A stretch of DNA of 64,000 nucleotides from the human T2T-CHM13v2.0 reference genome, Homo sapiens: assembly GCF_009914755.1 (NCBI RefSeq), contig NC_060934.1; one strand, written 5' to 3'. A program made the position numbers and the translations under genes. A model generated the notes under the pieces. The model saw only the letters and a program-made list of their open reading frames with translations. It did no database searches and was not told where the DNA came from. Below, in pieces: positions 1 through 14,522 of the stretch. The first letter of the stretch is position 1, and each line of letters opens with the position of its first letter.

Positions 1-408
1 CTGGGGGATGGTCAGGTCTTTCCCTTCCCACAAGGCCATATTTCAGACTATCACATGGGGAGAAACCTTGGACAATACCTGGCTTTCCTAGGCAGAGTTC
101 CCTGCAGCCTTCCGCAGTGTTTTATGTCCCTGGGTACTTGAGAGTAGGGAGTGGTGATGACTTTTAACAAGCATGCTGCCTTCAAGCATTTGTTTAACAA
201 AGCACATCCTGCATAGCCCTAAATCCATTAAACCTTGAGTCGACACAGCACATGTTTCTGCGAGCACAGGGTTGAGGGTAGGGTTACAGATTAACAGCAT
301 CTCAAGGCAGAAGAATTTTTCTTAGTACAGAACAAAATGGAGTCTCTTATGTCTACTTCTTTCTACATAGACACAGTAACAGTCTGATCTCTCTTTCTTT
401 TCCCCATA
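1..408 (-). mobile_element. HERV-K (HML-2) LTR5 (LTR5A/B-like), U3 5' part; truncated by the window edge
   Basis: Reverse complement reads TATGGGGAAAAGAAAGAGAGATCAGACTGTTACTGTGTCTATGTAGAAAGAAGTAGACATAAGAGACTCCATTTTG..., matching the LTR5 start (TGTGGGGAAAAG...). It is not preceded by an HML-2 PPT or env, so it is a solo or 5' LTR. Confidence 0.92.
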
Positions 409-431
409 TTGTTTACTCCATAGCAGGAGCC

Positions 432-743
432 CTAAGAATCATATGAATTAAAATCAAATAAATCAAAAAATAAACCAGAAGTGGAATCTACTTGTTTTAA
501 CCAAATAGCTTGTTTGCTGAATTCTTGCAGATTAGTTTCTATACCAGATGTATTTATCCGTGTGCAGCAAGAGGTGTTAGCTACTGTAGACACTCCCCGC
601 TGTTCAGCCAACAGGTAGTCCAAAACAATCTTGCTATCTAAAACAACCTTATCAAGAGAATTTAAAGAAATGTACTGGGCAGCCATAGCCTTTGCAATAT
701 AGTCAGCTATATCAGTTAGTATTTGAGACTGATTTCTAACCAT
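432..743 (-). pseudogene. ERV env transmembrane-subunit remnant (heptad repeat, immunosuppressive domain, degenerate CX6CC)
   Basis: ORF contains LNSLDKVVLDSKIVLDYLLAEQRGVSTVANTSCCTRINTSG, resembling the gamma-type TM motif LDNRIALDYLLAEQGGVCAVANTSCC with the first Cys changed to Ser. An SU-like NLTEC*LCH (CWLC with W to stop) lies at ~1388-1414. Confidence 0.88.
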
Positions 744-1849
744 AACTTTATTATATTTATGCCAAGCCAGGAAAGGAGTGTTCTACCCAAAGATGCTCAT
801 TTACAGCTAGAAAAAATCTTATTTATTTTACATTGAAAATTGAATTGTATAGATCAATGATCAGTTTCCAGTTGATTATGGAGTGAGTGGTGCCGTTAAA
901 ATGCCTAACCCACATTGGCCTCTTTTTGAGACATGGAGTCAAAAAGATCAGCACACGGCTGATCTTTAAATTCTCTACAAATAAAAATATATCTTCAAGA
1001 GCCACAACAGACAGTTCCCTTTAAGATGTCTTGTGATTTAAGGGTCACTAGTAGGAAAGCACTAAAATTTATCCAAGGCTTTATTATCAAATCATAGCAT
1101 GGTTAGAGCCCATCAACAATTAGGGTTATATATTTGTCTACAAAATGCCAAACTATTTTTTGTTGTTCTTATTCAATTTCTGGCATAATTAACTGCAAAA
1201 CCCTCATTATATGTTTTGCCTACTGTTAGCTTTAAACAAGGAATATGAATATGTGAATCTAAAAGTCTAACCCTATAGAAGAATCAAACCTGCAATATGA
1301 GAAAATGGTCACATTTGGAATATCAGTAACTTTTGTTTCAGGGTGAACTAGAGGATCTCTAAGATCATGTAGGGATATTGGTTTAACATGACATAGTCAA
1401 CATTCAGTTAGGTTTTCTGCAGAAGTTATCAACTATGAAATCTTGATTTTGGCATTATCTCACCATTTGTAAACAGAAAAGAAACACAGAGAAAAAATAA
1501 AAAAGACAAAGTTTTCATAATGAGAGAGGGGAGAAGTTTTGATCCTTGTTTTGGGGAAAGTTGGCCACATCTAGGATGTCATCTTCTTCTGAAGAGAAAT
1601 CTCCTTGGTCAGTTTTGCCTTGAGGTCTCCAAAAGATGTGCAGTCTTGGAGGAGTCCTCTTGAGTTGAGAGATAGGGAGCCAAGACTGAAGGTTATAAAG
1701 TTTTGCTGCAGTATGATTGCTTAAAAGAGCTTGGTATCATTCTCTCCAGTGGGGCTCAGGGGCAGTCTTTCTCTAGTGTCACTTCCAAAAGAGCCATTCT
1801 GTGTCCTAGATCATGAAAAATGTGGTTATCATCAGTTGGTGGGTAACAA

Positions 1850-2420
1850 AGGGCTTTTTTTACATGGTAAACATATACTCTGGCATAATACATTAAAGCT
1901 TGGCAATATTTCATCATTTATAAGAACAGGAGATACAGGCAGCTCTATTGTTATGGGCAAAGGCCTCAGTGACTATTTGATAAGATTTCATAATTGGTGC
2001 TTTCCAGGGAGAATAGATGTTATTGCCATCAAGGACAGCAGTAATACATTTGCCCAAGGCAATCCAGTCTATTCAGTTAGTTTTGCATAATGCCATTGTG
2101 TTTGTAATATCTTATTTAACTGTTTGATGATTTGCCCAGTGAAATGAGTGCCTCCATCACTGGAAATTTCTTCAAGAATACCCCATAAAAGAAAAACATT
2201 TATAATAACCTCTTAGTTACTGTCATAGCATTGGCTTTCCTATACAGGAAAGCTTCTGTCTAACCAGGAAACATACAAACTACAAGAACACATTGATATC
2301 CCATTGAAGGTGGCAATTGAGTTAAATCCATTTGTAAAATTTTAAATGATTTATAGGTAGAAATGCAGCGCCTAAAGACTTGGTTGTCTTCCCAGAATTA
2401 TGGATTTGACAAACCAAAAA
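1850..2420 (-). pseudogene. ERV pol integrase core remnant
   Basis: Manual minus-strand translation gives QMDLTQLPPSMGYQCVLVVCMFPG*TEAF...(frameshift)...WGILEEISSDGGTHFTGQIIKQLNKIL. These are the first two Asp motifs of a retroviral DDE integrase, with stops and frameshifts. Confidence 0.85.
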
Positions 2421-2730
2421 ATGCTTACAAACCATTTTAGCAATTTTAGACTAGTCACTCCAAGATTTTTTTTTCATAATTTAAGTCATTTTGAAATTTC
2501 CATAATGATTCATGGAGTGCATAGTTTTAAATAATGGAAGATTTAAGGACTCAGGAAGGACGAAGTGGTCATCTGGGTCCTCCATGGGTGTACAATTAAC
2601 ATCGAATTTACTTAATTTTAAATAACACATTTGTTTCTTCATTTCAGGTGTGTAGCACTGTTTATTAAATAGGTTGTCATAGATAATTTGAGTTGGGTCA
2701 ATCTTACTGTGTTCACTTAAATTGCATATA

Positions 2731-3453
<723 letters not shown>

Positions 3454-5061
3454 GTATCTTAACAATTTCAGTATTGGCTGACTTAACCACGAGAATCTGC
3501 AACAGCATTTTCTTGGCATTCAATTAATTAATTCTTGTTCTACTAGATATTGGGTTAGCAATTTAGGTGCCAATCAGTTTCTTCATTAAAATTCTGAGAA
3601 TTCTTACCTAGTCAAATGATGGGATCTTAAAGTTACCAGAAACCTGTACTTGTTAGAGTCCTTTCCGTGAATCCCCTGAAAGATAAAATATTTTAGGCTT
3701 ACAGCTGTTTGTAATAGCTTTCAGGAACGTAACAGAATAAAACAATGAACTATCTACAGATGACAAGACTTAAAATGGCCATGGCTTAAAGATCTTATTA
3801 CAGTTTATTATAGTGCAACTGGCAAGAAAATTTTGTTTTTGCAACATAAAATAATTTAAGGTAATAACTAGAATTATGACTGACAGCATTATACTACAAC
3901 CATCAGTTTCCTTGGAATTTTATATAATTTCTCAAACACATATTAATAACATATCATACAATATAATTGAAATAAGGTTTAGTATCACTTATTATTTGAC
4001 AATGTTTCCCATGCCATTTAACATGTTAGATAAGCCTAATTAGTTTTACACCTCTCTTTTAATCAAGAGAAAGAAAAAAATTCTTTTGAGATATTTCTAT
4101 GGCCTGTAGGAAAACTCCCTAAGTTAGTTCAACGTCAAAAGATCCTAATTTAGACTTTGATTTTGGGAAGTCTTGAAAAATAAGAGGTTTTGAATACTTG
4201 ATTAAAATAGGATTACAGGGCAATGTGAAACAATGCTTACTCATTTAACTAGAGTGATAATTAAAATATTTAAAGACAAATACAGAAAGGTACATAGTTA
4301 TAGGAAAGAAAAACCTTAGTTCATTTAATAAACAGAACTCACTTTTCTTAAGAAATGAAAGATCCCATACAGACTGCATGAAGTGTAGGAAATTATCTTG
4401 ATAAAACACAGAATATTTGTTTCCTAGGTCAATTATCTAAAAGGAAAGCCTTTTACAATTTTCTACTAAAGGCAGACCAATACTCCAAGAAAACCTTGTT
4501 GTTTTAACATAGAGGATCAAATTCTTGTTTTGTATCAGTGTACTTTTGATATAAATGCTTATTTTTTTGGAAGACTTAAAAATAATTCCCTTCTAATTGC
4601 AGCCAGTTTGATCACACATAAAATATCTGTCCATTCCATCTACAATACCCTTATGTCCATTCAGTGTTTGTTTTATACTTTTTTCTTTTTCCCATTTTGA
4701 AACAGCCATTTCTTATGCTTTAGGACAAAAAAAAAAATCTTTTTTACTTAACAAACAACAAAAACACAACTTTATACTTTATAGCTTTTCTTACCAAAAG
4801 CATAGCTTACCATCTTTATATACTTGGATTTAGAATGGTTTTTCTAATTATTTCTAGTAATTTTAGTTACATGTATGAATTCAAATAATGAACTCTTAGT
4901 GACCTTAATTTACAGGGAACACTAGGAAGCAAACAACTGAGCTATATCACACCAGCTTCCTGTAGATTGGCAAATCTATGAATCATAATTTCTAGAAATA
5001 TGTACTTTTTCATAGTACACTTTTTTTGGTATGACACAGAACATGTGTACTAACAGTTTAA

Positions 5062-5512
<451 letters not shown>

Positions 5513-6255
5513 AACTTTCTCTTCTTGCTGATAAGAACGTTAGAACCAGCTAGTATAAGGACATCATTCACATGGGAATTTTAGATTACTTACACCTATT
5601 TAATTCACTTGTTTTTATGATTATGCTTGGATTACTTATGAAGATGAGACGTTAAACAACTAGCTATCGTCTTAAGTTATTTTCATTGCTGACAAATTTT
5701 TTAATATAGAGATAACATAAGCTTGTTTTACTAATAAACCTAGGTAGAAAAAGTTGTGCATCTGAATTATGTCTAATGTTGAGAAATCTGGAGATGTACC
5801 TGCTTTAATCAAACTCACACACTTTAATTAGCTTTTATTTACCAAAGACTATCCCAGATCATGTAAATTTGAAAATAATTTGTGTTAGTTTCTATCTTAG
5901 AGTTTAAGGAATATCTAATTTATGCAAGTGCTCATTTTTTTCAGCCAATGTAAGAGAACTCTTTTACAATTTAATTTTGGCAATCCTGTAAGCTGGTAGA
6001 AAAATACCACACATACATAACATATAGACAATTAGACAAAAATATATACAGAGAAGCATTTCTTATAGCTTTTATTTGAAAATTTAAACCGTGTTTCAAG
6101 TACAATAATATGAAACTCACTAATTTATTAAAGATTTAGAGTCAAATTCTTTTTCTTGTCCGTGGAACAAGATTGCTTTCCTAGATGACTAAATATTCTA
6201 CTAATATTTGTGGGGAAACTTTTAAGATTTTTTCATTTGTTCAATTTTCAAATAT

Positions 6256-6446
6256 CTTCTCCTCCTCCTGCTCCTCCTCTTCCTCCTCCTCCTCTTCCTC
6301 TTCCTACTCTTCTTCCTCCTCCTCATCTCCTCCCTCCCTTCCTCCCTCCCTCCCTTGCTTACCTCCCTCCCTCCCTCTTCCTTCTTCCTTGTTCTTTCTC
6401 TTCCCCTTCACCTTCTTCTCCTCCCTCTTCTCCTCCTTCTCCTTCA
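6256..6446. repeat. CT-rich low-complexity polypyrimidine tract, (TCC)n/(CCCT)n
   Basis: About 190 bp that is almost entirely C/T on the + strand. Confidence 0.9.
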
Positions 6447-7529
6447 TCATTATCATTTTCTCTATACTTGCATTTTAAAATGATATCTATGAGGTCCTAC
6501 AGAAGACAGTGTTAAATTTTTACATCTTAAAGTCACAGAGCTTAAACTTTAGGCTTAAATACTGTAGTCTGCCTAAACCAAGAAAGAACGGCATAGCTAA
6601 AAGCCCAGTTAAGACAAGATGGCCATGACAAGCACTTAAAACAAAAGTAAGGCTTTTCATGTCATCAGGGGTTTGAGACGAGGGGTTTTAGTTGACCGAG
6701 TAATTCCTCTGGTTGAAGCAGGATTGAATAGGAAAAACAGAACTAATTCTAACAAACGTTTTTCTGAAAATGATCCTAATATCAATTGGATAGATTAAGA
6801 CTGTAGACTTTTGGGGGCTTGACTTGAAATTCCCACCCTGGAAATATGCTTTTTTATCTGAGGGACTGGTTGGTTATTGTCCTGGGAGTCAAGCCCTTAA
6901 GTACTTTCTCCAGTAGGGAAACATTCCAGGCCAATGTGAGTGCATTCATCAGATGGCTGGTGAAAACATGGGCAATTTCTTTTCCAATAGCCTGGCTGTT
7001 TACAATAAAGGCAAAAATCTCAGGGCACGAGGTTCTAGTTTGAAATCTCTCAGTTTGGGTTTTAAAATACACACAAGGAGGACCTGTTAGTCCCATAGAT
7101 ACAAAGACATGCATCATGCCTTTTCTAAAGAGTTTTCTCGCTGTAGCCAATGTAACTCTAAGTCACCTTTGATAAAGTTCACCCATTTCTGTAGAAAAAC
7201 ACAGATTCTAGGTCCATAGTTCTTATATATGAAATCAGCTGGTGTTCCAGATGGGGGAGTTCTAGATACCTTGGTTACAGATGACCTACAATTTTATGTA
7301 GTAACCTTACCTATTGGATCCAGTCCAGTTTTGTTATGAAGTTCAGTATGAGCCTGGGCACAGTCATATCCAGTAATTGTTCAAATAAAATCAGGAAGCT
7401 CAAAACACAAATTTGAGGAGCTCAAATTTAAGAGAGAACTCACCCACAGCCTTCACTTGTTGCAAGAGAGCAATGGACTTAATGCTTGGTCACTTGGTGC
7501 TTCTGAGGGTCATGGGAGGTTTCCTCCAC

Positions 7530-7547
7530 ATCCCACTTCTGACACCA
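7530..7547 (-). promoter_or_regulatory. Retroviral primer-binding site complementary to tRNA-Leu(CAA)
   Basis: Plus strand ATCCCACTTCTGACACCA equals the 3' 18 nt of tRNA-Leu(CAA) including CCA. Minus strand TGGTGTCAGAAGTGGGAT starts 3 nt after the LTR terminal CA. Confidence 0.9.
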
Positions 7548-7550
7548 AAC

Positions 7551-7934
7551 TGTTAATTCAGACAAATTAAATTTAGCAGAGTTTATTTTTGCAGATATGA
7601 CTTATAAATCAGGTAGCACTCAGAACCAGAAAAGGTTCAGAGAGCTCTGCCTGAGTTTGAGCAAGTTTTTATGAGCCAAACACAGAAGCACTTTAGGGAA
7701 TCCCCTGATTGGCTATACTGCTAGGCATCTGCCTTATTTCGGAATATTGTCATTAGTTGCCTGCCTGTGACTGGCTGAAACACAGCTGCTTATGATTAGC
7801 TGAAGCTCTGTTGTTTGTTATACTCCTAAGTTTTATTATAGTTTGTGTACATACTAAGTTAGGTTGTAGTTTGTTTTGCAGAAACTCAAAGAGACAACCT
7901 CAGACTAATGGCCTCCTGCTAATTTAATTTAACA
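7551..7934 (-). mobile_element. ERV1 5' LTR, MER57-family-like
   Basis: Minus strand TGTTAAATTAAATTAG...AAATAAGGCAGATGCC...GCCAATCAG...CTCTCTGAACCTTTTCTGGTTC...AATAAACTCTGCTAAATTTAATTTGTCT...TTAACA. It has TGTTAA/TTAACA inverted termini and is followed by the PBS. Confidence 0.85.
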
Positions 7935-8754
7935 ACATTAACATGGCAATCTGAATATATCAGCAATTTCAGTGTCCATAAATAACTGTCTTCTGAATTA
8001 TTGTGCAGATATTATCATTTCTGTTTTATAATTTCCATAGAGAAAAACCAATGACATTCTTAATTTTATATTTTCTTTATCTTTTATGATTTTCTTTTTC
8101 TTATATAATGTCAAAGATGATATTTTATTATTTTTTGAAATTACAGAGTCTCTACTGACCTGTGAGATAGTATTTATGATAGTGTGATAACATCTCTATA
8201 ATGACATACGTTGCCTTCATAATTCACTCTACAAAATCATCCAGATCTCTATTTCCAAATTTTGTATTAATTGTTACAGGCTTTGCATTTTCAGGTAATG
8301 GTGTGAACATTTTTTTTTTTCATAAATACTAAAATACAATTATCTTTGTCAGCAGAAAGGTACTTTTCTTAATAAAATGTTTAGTTGTTTCACTAACAGT
8401 CATGTTCTGAAACTTCCTAAATAGAACAAACTTTGGCTTACTACATAATTGGTTTCAATTTTAGTGGCAATTGCCATTCATGAATCACTCACAACCACAG
8501 TGAAAATTATGACCATCAGCACTGCCAGTGCAACACTAGTCATAAAGTTGATTTGCTTTAGATGTTTTGCTTTTACAATGAATTAGACAGCATTATCCCT
8601 ATAATGCTGTTTGGTGTATGTAATGCAGGATCTCACTTTTTAATGATATATGAATGTATCTCGGGTTATTTTAAAAGCTTTCTCTCTTTTTCTGTCTTTT
8701 CTTTGACTTGCCCTAGAAATATCCTCTTCATGTTTACCATTACTTAAAAAAATG

Positions 8755-8846
8755 TATATACTTGTTCTAATTTTCTTTCATTGTCAAAATTTTTCATCAG
8801 TATATACTTATTCTAATTTTCTTTCATTGTCAAAATTTTTCATCAG
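8755..8846. repeat. 46-bp tandem duplication (2 copies, 1 mismatch)
   Basis: TATATACTT[G/A]TTCTAATTTTCTTTCATTGTCAAAATTTTTCATCAG at 8755-8800 and 8801-8846. Confidence 0.95.
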
Positions 8847-9121
8847 CATAGTCGTTTTGCATAATAGCATTTATTTACACTATGAATATCAGTTTTTTTC
8901 TCATTTTCTTCTATTGTTGCCTCCTACTTTTACTTTTCCTTTGACTTTTCTCCTATTATGCCACCAAAACATATAAGCATGAAGTGAAAGGAGATTTTTA
9001 TCAAGGAGAATGACAAACTATTAGTATAAAATGAACAGTTATTAATATTACTAATATTTCATATACTCATTATATACTTTGAAAAATCTTTAGTATCATC
9101 TTTTAAAAATAATTTGGTTCT

Positions 9122-9425
9122 AGACTGGGCACAGAGGCTTACACCTGTAATCCTAGCACTTTGGCAGGCCGTCGCAGGAGGCAGGAGGACTACTTGAGCC
9201 CAGGAATTTGAGACCAGCCTGGGAGACATAGTGAGACCCTGTTGCTACAATTTTTTTTTTATAAGGTAGCCAGATGTGTGCCTGTAGTCCTAGTTACTCG
9301 GGAAGCTGAAGTGAGAAGATTGCTTGAGCACAGGAGGTTGAAGCTGCAATGAACTGTTATCACGCCACTGCAATGTAGCCAGGGCAACAGAGCTAGGTGC
9401 CTTCTCAAACAACAATAACAAAAAA
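9122..9425 (+). mobile_element. AluJ-like SINE (old, diverged)
   Basis: CTTGAGCCCAGGAATTTGAGACCAGCCTGGG and GAGGTTGAAGCTGCAATGA; the central linker is a T run. Confidence 0.88.
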
Positions 9426-9699
9426 CTGGTTCTGATATTTTCTAATTATTATATTTGTTCAATGATTAAGTAAATACTTTAGTTTGGAACAAAAGACTAT
9501 TAAACGGTCTACTTTCATACAAAGCAAATGAAGAGGGGTTCTTACAGTTGCTATTGTTTACCTCTTTTTAAAGGAATAACATATAACTAAAGGTAGATCA
9601 TTGTTATGTCCACCTAAATAGAACATGTCTTGTTGTCAAAACTGATGTGACCCTTTGTAGCTACTATTCACTGAGTGTCAATCACCGTGCACCTGACTC

Positions 9700-9870
9700 T
9701 GAACAGGCTTTTTCATTTAATCCTCACAACAACCTTGAGTCGTTCACGGAAGAGGAAATTGATGCACAGAGAGGGTTACTAACTTTCCCCCAACTACACA
9801 GAAGGCACTTGTTGAACTTAGCATTGAAACTCGTGTGTATCTAAAGCAAAAGCCTGTATTTGTAACCACT
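9700..9870 (-). mobile_element. MIR fragment
   Basis: CATTTAATCCTCACAACAACC...GAGGAAATTGATGCACAGAGAGG MIR core. Confidence 0.7.
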
Positions 9871-12334
9871 GTCCTTTAATGTGGATTTCTCAAAACATCC
9901 CAAAATGTATAAAACTGATGACATAAAAATGGTAATCGATGGTTTGTTTTCTAAAAAAAAAAAAGCTGCAATTGGTATCATCTTTGTCATTGCATTTTGT
10001 CTACCAATGGCTCAAAACAAGTATGTTTTTTCTGTCCTTCTTAGTTACTCTAGTTGCTGTTTTCTTCCTACATATCAGTATATTTCTACTTTCTCCTTGT
10101 CTCATTTAACTTTTTAGAAATACAAGTATTCTACTCCAAACATACAATACCATCAAAAAAGAAATCCAGGTGACTTTGTTGGCTGATAAGCCTCAGAATG
10201 TGTCTTGCAGATTTAGTTTTCTTAAAAGTTTTCTGTGAAAAGGAATAAATGATAGCCATTGTTTGCTTGTTAACCACAATTAGAATAAAAGTGTTTCTCT
10301 ATGAAACCATAGTGAGTGTTTAGGTTAGGGTCCTTCCTGTTTCTTTTATTTTTTTTCTGAGACAGGTTTTTTACCTTAGTGATGTTTCGACAACAAAAAC
10401 AAACCCTGATTATCTACAGCTGCTCTATATTTCTTCAGCTATTCACCCCATCAAACAAACAGTAATTTTCATTTTGCTGCCAAAAAGCAATGCTGGTCTG
10501 AAAATATGAACCCCTTCTATTCATCCACATGTACCATCTGAATCAGATACCCAATCAAATATTCCTTCCTTTACTTTGGTATATTTGTCTACATTTATTT
10601 AAAATATTTCCAAGAATACTTAACAAATGTTTCAAGCACGACCCAAATGATGCTTGCTTGCTTGCGTTTTTTGTTTGTGTCAAAGGTATTATCTGTGAGA
10701 TGATACTGAGTGAAAAACATGTGAATGAATCAGTTCATTTGGAATCTTGGAGGGCATGATTAGACTCTGAATATGTAATCTGAAAACTTTTCAGATGAAT
10801 TATCTCATCGTTTTATAAGCATCTAGACACCGTAATTTCTCTAAAAAGAATCTTCTAAATATGTATTTATTTACAGACTCTATTTCCTGGTAAAATAATG
10901 AACTACTTAACCATTTCTATCTTTCCATAATCTTGCTTCCTTTAATTTATTTCCTTGAGTGTCCTTAAACTGTCACTCTGTCACCACATCATACTTTTTG
11001 TCTTCAAGCATCACAGTTCTCTCTGATCTTAACCAAAAAAAGACAAAATGAAATAAACTTAGTCTAGATTCTCTTCTAATGATTATTGTTTTCGTTATAA
11101 ATATATATTAAATAACCATTCCTCATGCACTTTGTGTCCTCCCCCTCACTATCCACACCTTCCTTGGTGCCCTTCAATCTGTCTTCTGCAAAATATTATT
11201 TCTGCAACTAGTAATTATTGGTCACTCATTCTTGGCCATTGATCTAGATAGTGTAAAGATAATATTTTAGAAGATTCAGTCTCTGTCCTCTTGAATATAT
11301 TCTAGTTCTCTTCCAGGACTTTTATGATTTTTAAAATTGTAACAACCTGATTCTTGCTATTATATGTATTTAATACTACTGATCAATCACTTATTTCCAC
11401 ATTTGAGTTCCATACTATCATTTGCCCACTAGGTAATTGTTAGTATCTCCAAGTCACATATTCAAATGTAAACTTGCCTTCCTTGCAGAAAGCATCTTCT
11501 TCTCATGACTCTAGTATCTCTGTTATTGTCATCATCATTGTTAACACTGTTAATTCTCTCTCAATTTCAAATTCTGTCAGCTCTCTTTCTCAGCTGATTA
11601 TATGTTTTCATAATCTTTGCATTTTCACATCTGTCATCCATACTCACTTCTGGGCTATTGTAGATAAGGCCACTCATTTACAACGCAACTATTCTTCTGA
11701 ATGAGGCCACTCTTCACACTGACGCAAGATTAATATTTATAATTGGTGACTCCTGGTCCGCCAAATAATCAGAGGCTCTTCATTGCCTTTCAGTTTAGCA
11801 TCAAGGACTGTCTGCATTCTTCTACAGATTGTATTTTTCATTTTAATTCTTATGTTCTTCTTCTACAAACTGAGTTCTTGTACCTCAGAAGTACTTTGGG
11901 TTTTATTAATATCAATACTTCATTGTACCATTGTTTTGGTATGATTTGTAATTTTTGGCTGATAGTAGACACTATATACTGGGTAAAAGGAACTGAGATT
12001 AAAAGGCCATTAGTGTGAGGTTTTTAATGTTTACCTGACTAGGACTAAGATTGTATTTACTGTTTGTTATAGCTGTAGGTGTCAGAAGGTAACATTTCCT
12101 CTGGTATCCTTGTCTTTGTCTTCCTCATGATAGTTGAGTTTCCTTAGAAGCTTCTTCTTAAATAAGGACTGTAGGATGGCCTGTCTTTCAGTGGTAGTAC
12201 CCCATTAGGACACACCTTTTATGAAGTTTTTCCTCCTTCACCAAATTTAAGCCATCTTTTATTTGTTGAACTAAGTAGCATTTATGATCTACATCAATAT
12301 TTGATATTATATGCTCCCAATAATCCAAATGAGC

Positions 12335-12470
12335 TGTAAATTATTATTATCCCCATTTGATAGATGATAAATATGAGACATAGTAGGGATTAAGAAATTT
12401 TCCCAAAGTCACAAAGCTTATAAGAATCAGTATTTGGCTTTTAACTCAGGCAGTTTGACTCAGAGCTGGT
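12335..12470 (-). mobile_element. MIR fragment
   Basis: ATTATTATCCCCATTTGATAGATGA...CCCAAAGTCACA core. Confidence 0.65.
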
Positions 12471-12689
12471 CTTTAAAACAATACATATTATTAGCTTGTA
12501 AGATTATTTTGGATTTGTTTTGTATTTTACCAGTCTTACCTTGCACATCATTCTACATCCAAATGAAAGACATGCTACCTTCTCTATAGTAGTTATTCAA
12601 TCAATAACTTGCAATTAATTGTCTTATTTCCACTGGTAGAATCATCTTTATATCTATTCTCTAAATTTCCCAGGAGAGTAGCACTAATT

Positions 12690-12910
12690 TGCAACTATGT
12701 TCTAAGTACTTTACATGTAGTAGATCATTTAATTTTTACCACAACCCCATGAGGCTGAAGTATGTACTATAATTATCTCTTATTGCTTCTGAGTCCTAGA
12801 GAATTTAAGTAGGTTGCCCAAGGTCACATACCTAATAAGTGGTAGAGTCAGGATGCAAATCAAAGTCTACAGCTCCAGTGCCTTCAGACTTAACCAGTGG
12901 ACAATCCTGC
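12690..12910 (-). mobile_element. MIR fragment
   Basis: CTAAGTACTTTACATG...CATTTAAT...CACAACCCCATGAGG...GCCCAAGGTCACATACCTAATAAGTGGTAGAGTCAGGAT. Confidence 0.72.
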
Positions 12911-13837
12911 CTACAGTTCTGCCCATTACATATGCATTAAAATAATGTGATAATATATTTCTGTTTCAATGAAAATAACTATTCTTCTGTTCTTACTTGC
13001 TTTCCACACTCCTCCAGGTAAAATAGATCTGAAATTTAAATGAAGTCAAAGCTCTTTTATAATAGTGACCACTTATCATTTTACCTAAATAAAAGCATCT
13101 ACCATTTATTAGTTTTGCCTTCTCGCATGACCATGAAACAAGTTTTACTTGTAATCTCATTTGGAAAACAAAGTTACAGAAATGTTATTAAGTTAATTCA
13201 TGTTTCCAAAGGCATCTTGACAAATAAATGACTCATAAAGAGGTTTTTCAGGGTTCTTTGAATATGAGGATGCAGAGATTCAGAATCTCTTGTCTCTAGC
13301 TGTAACTTATAGGAAATGGCAACGAATTTCACTTATATATCATCTTCCTGTGATTGAGGTATTCTTGCTGCTGAGCATATTAGGTTCTTTAAAAATAAGA
13401 TGACTCTACCTTGTGTTGGCATGCCACAACCAGAAGCTTCATTTTTGTATCAGATTAATGCATACTGTGGGGGGCGCATGTGGGGAGTTTATAATATTGA
13501 TTTTGATGACAGTTAATAGCATTAAAATGAGACATTCTGGTAAAAAAGTGTTTTTATTTAAGAGGCAATAATTAGTCTCAAAAGAGATTAATGCCTAAAG
13601 CATTACTTATTGGAACAAAATATAATTTATGACATTTAAAAGAAATAGTCATTGTATCACTCTTTAAAAAGCAAATCAGAATAATGTAATGACAGACATT
13701 TTTATCAAATGCTATGAGAAAAATTCATTCGTCTCCAGAAACACTGCATCTGTGTTTTCCATTCTGACAACTTTGAGGAAACTTTTTCTCTCGCTGGCCA
13801 TATTTACATTTCACAGCCTTTAAAAATTGCAGATGTG

Positions 13838-14196
<359 letters not shown>

Positions 14197-14522
14197 TCAT
14201 TAGACACCCTTCTATTGAGAGTGAGAGACAGGCAGAAATTATGGAGGATGCAGAGGCAGACTGAATAAATCTGACTCTGAAGAATGGAGCTTTTGCGATT
14301 TTGAAAGAGGCATAATGCACAGCATTTTTAAAAACTATTAGCCAGCTTTATTTTATGAACAGGAAAATGAGAAAAAAAAAGTCTAAAACTGAGTCTTAAT
14401 TTAAAGCAGGGATTGAATTCAGATCACTTGAAGTGAGAAATTGTCTTTTATTATTTTTCCTTAGTGCAGTAAGTATGATTCTTCTTAGGGCACTGAAGCT
14501 GTCAAAGCATACCTTTCCTTTA

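Noticed and set aside
1388-2270. TGG to TGA/TAG stops in env (C*LC) and integrase (G*) as APOBEC3 hypermutation
   Set aside because: Too few examples in an old element; cannot be distinguished from neutral decay without a consensus alignment.
6185-6515. Poly-Ser and poly-Pro ORFs
   Set aside because: Artefacts of the CT-rich simple repeat.
7530-7547. tRNA-Leu gene or pseudogene
   Set aside because: Only the 3' 18 nt with CCA are present, adjacent to an LTR; this is a PBS, not a tRNA gene.
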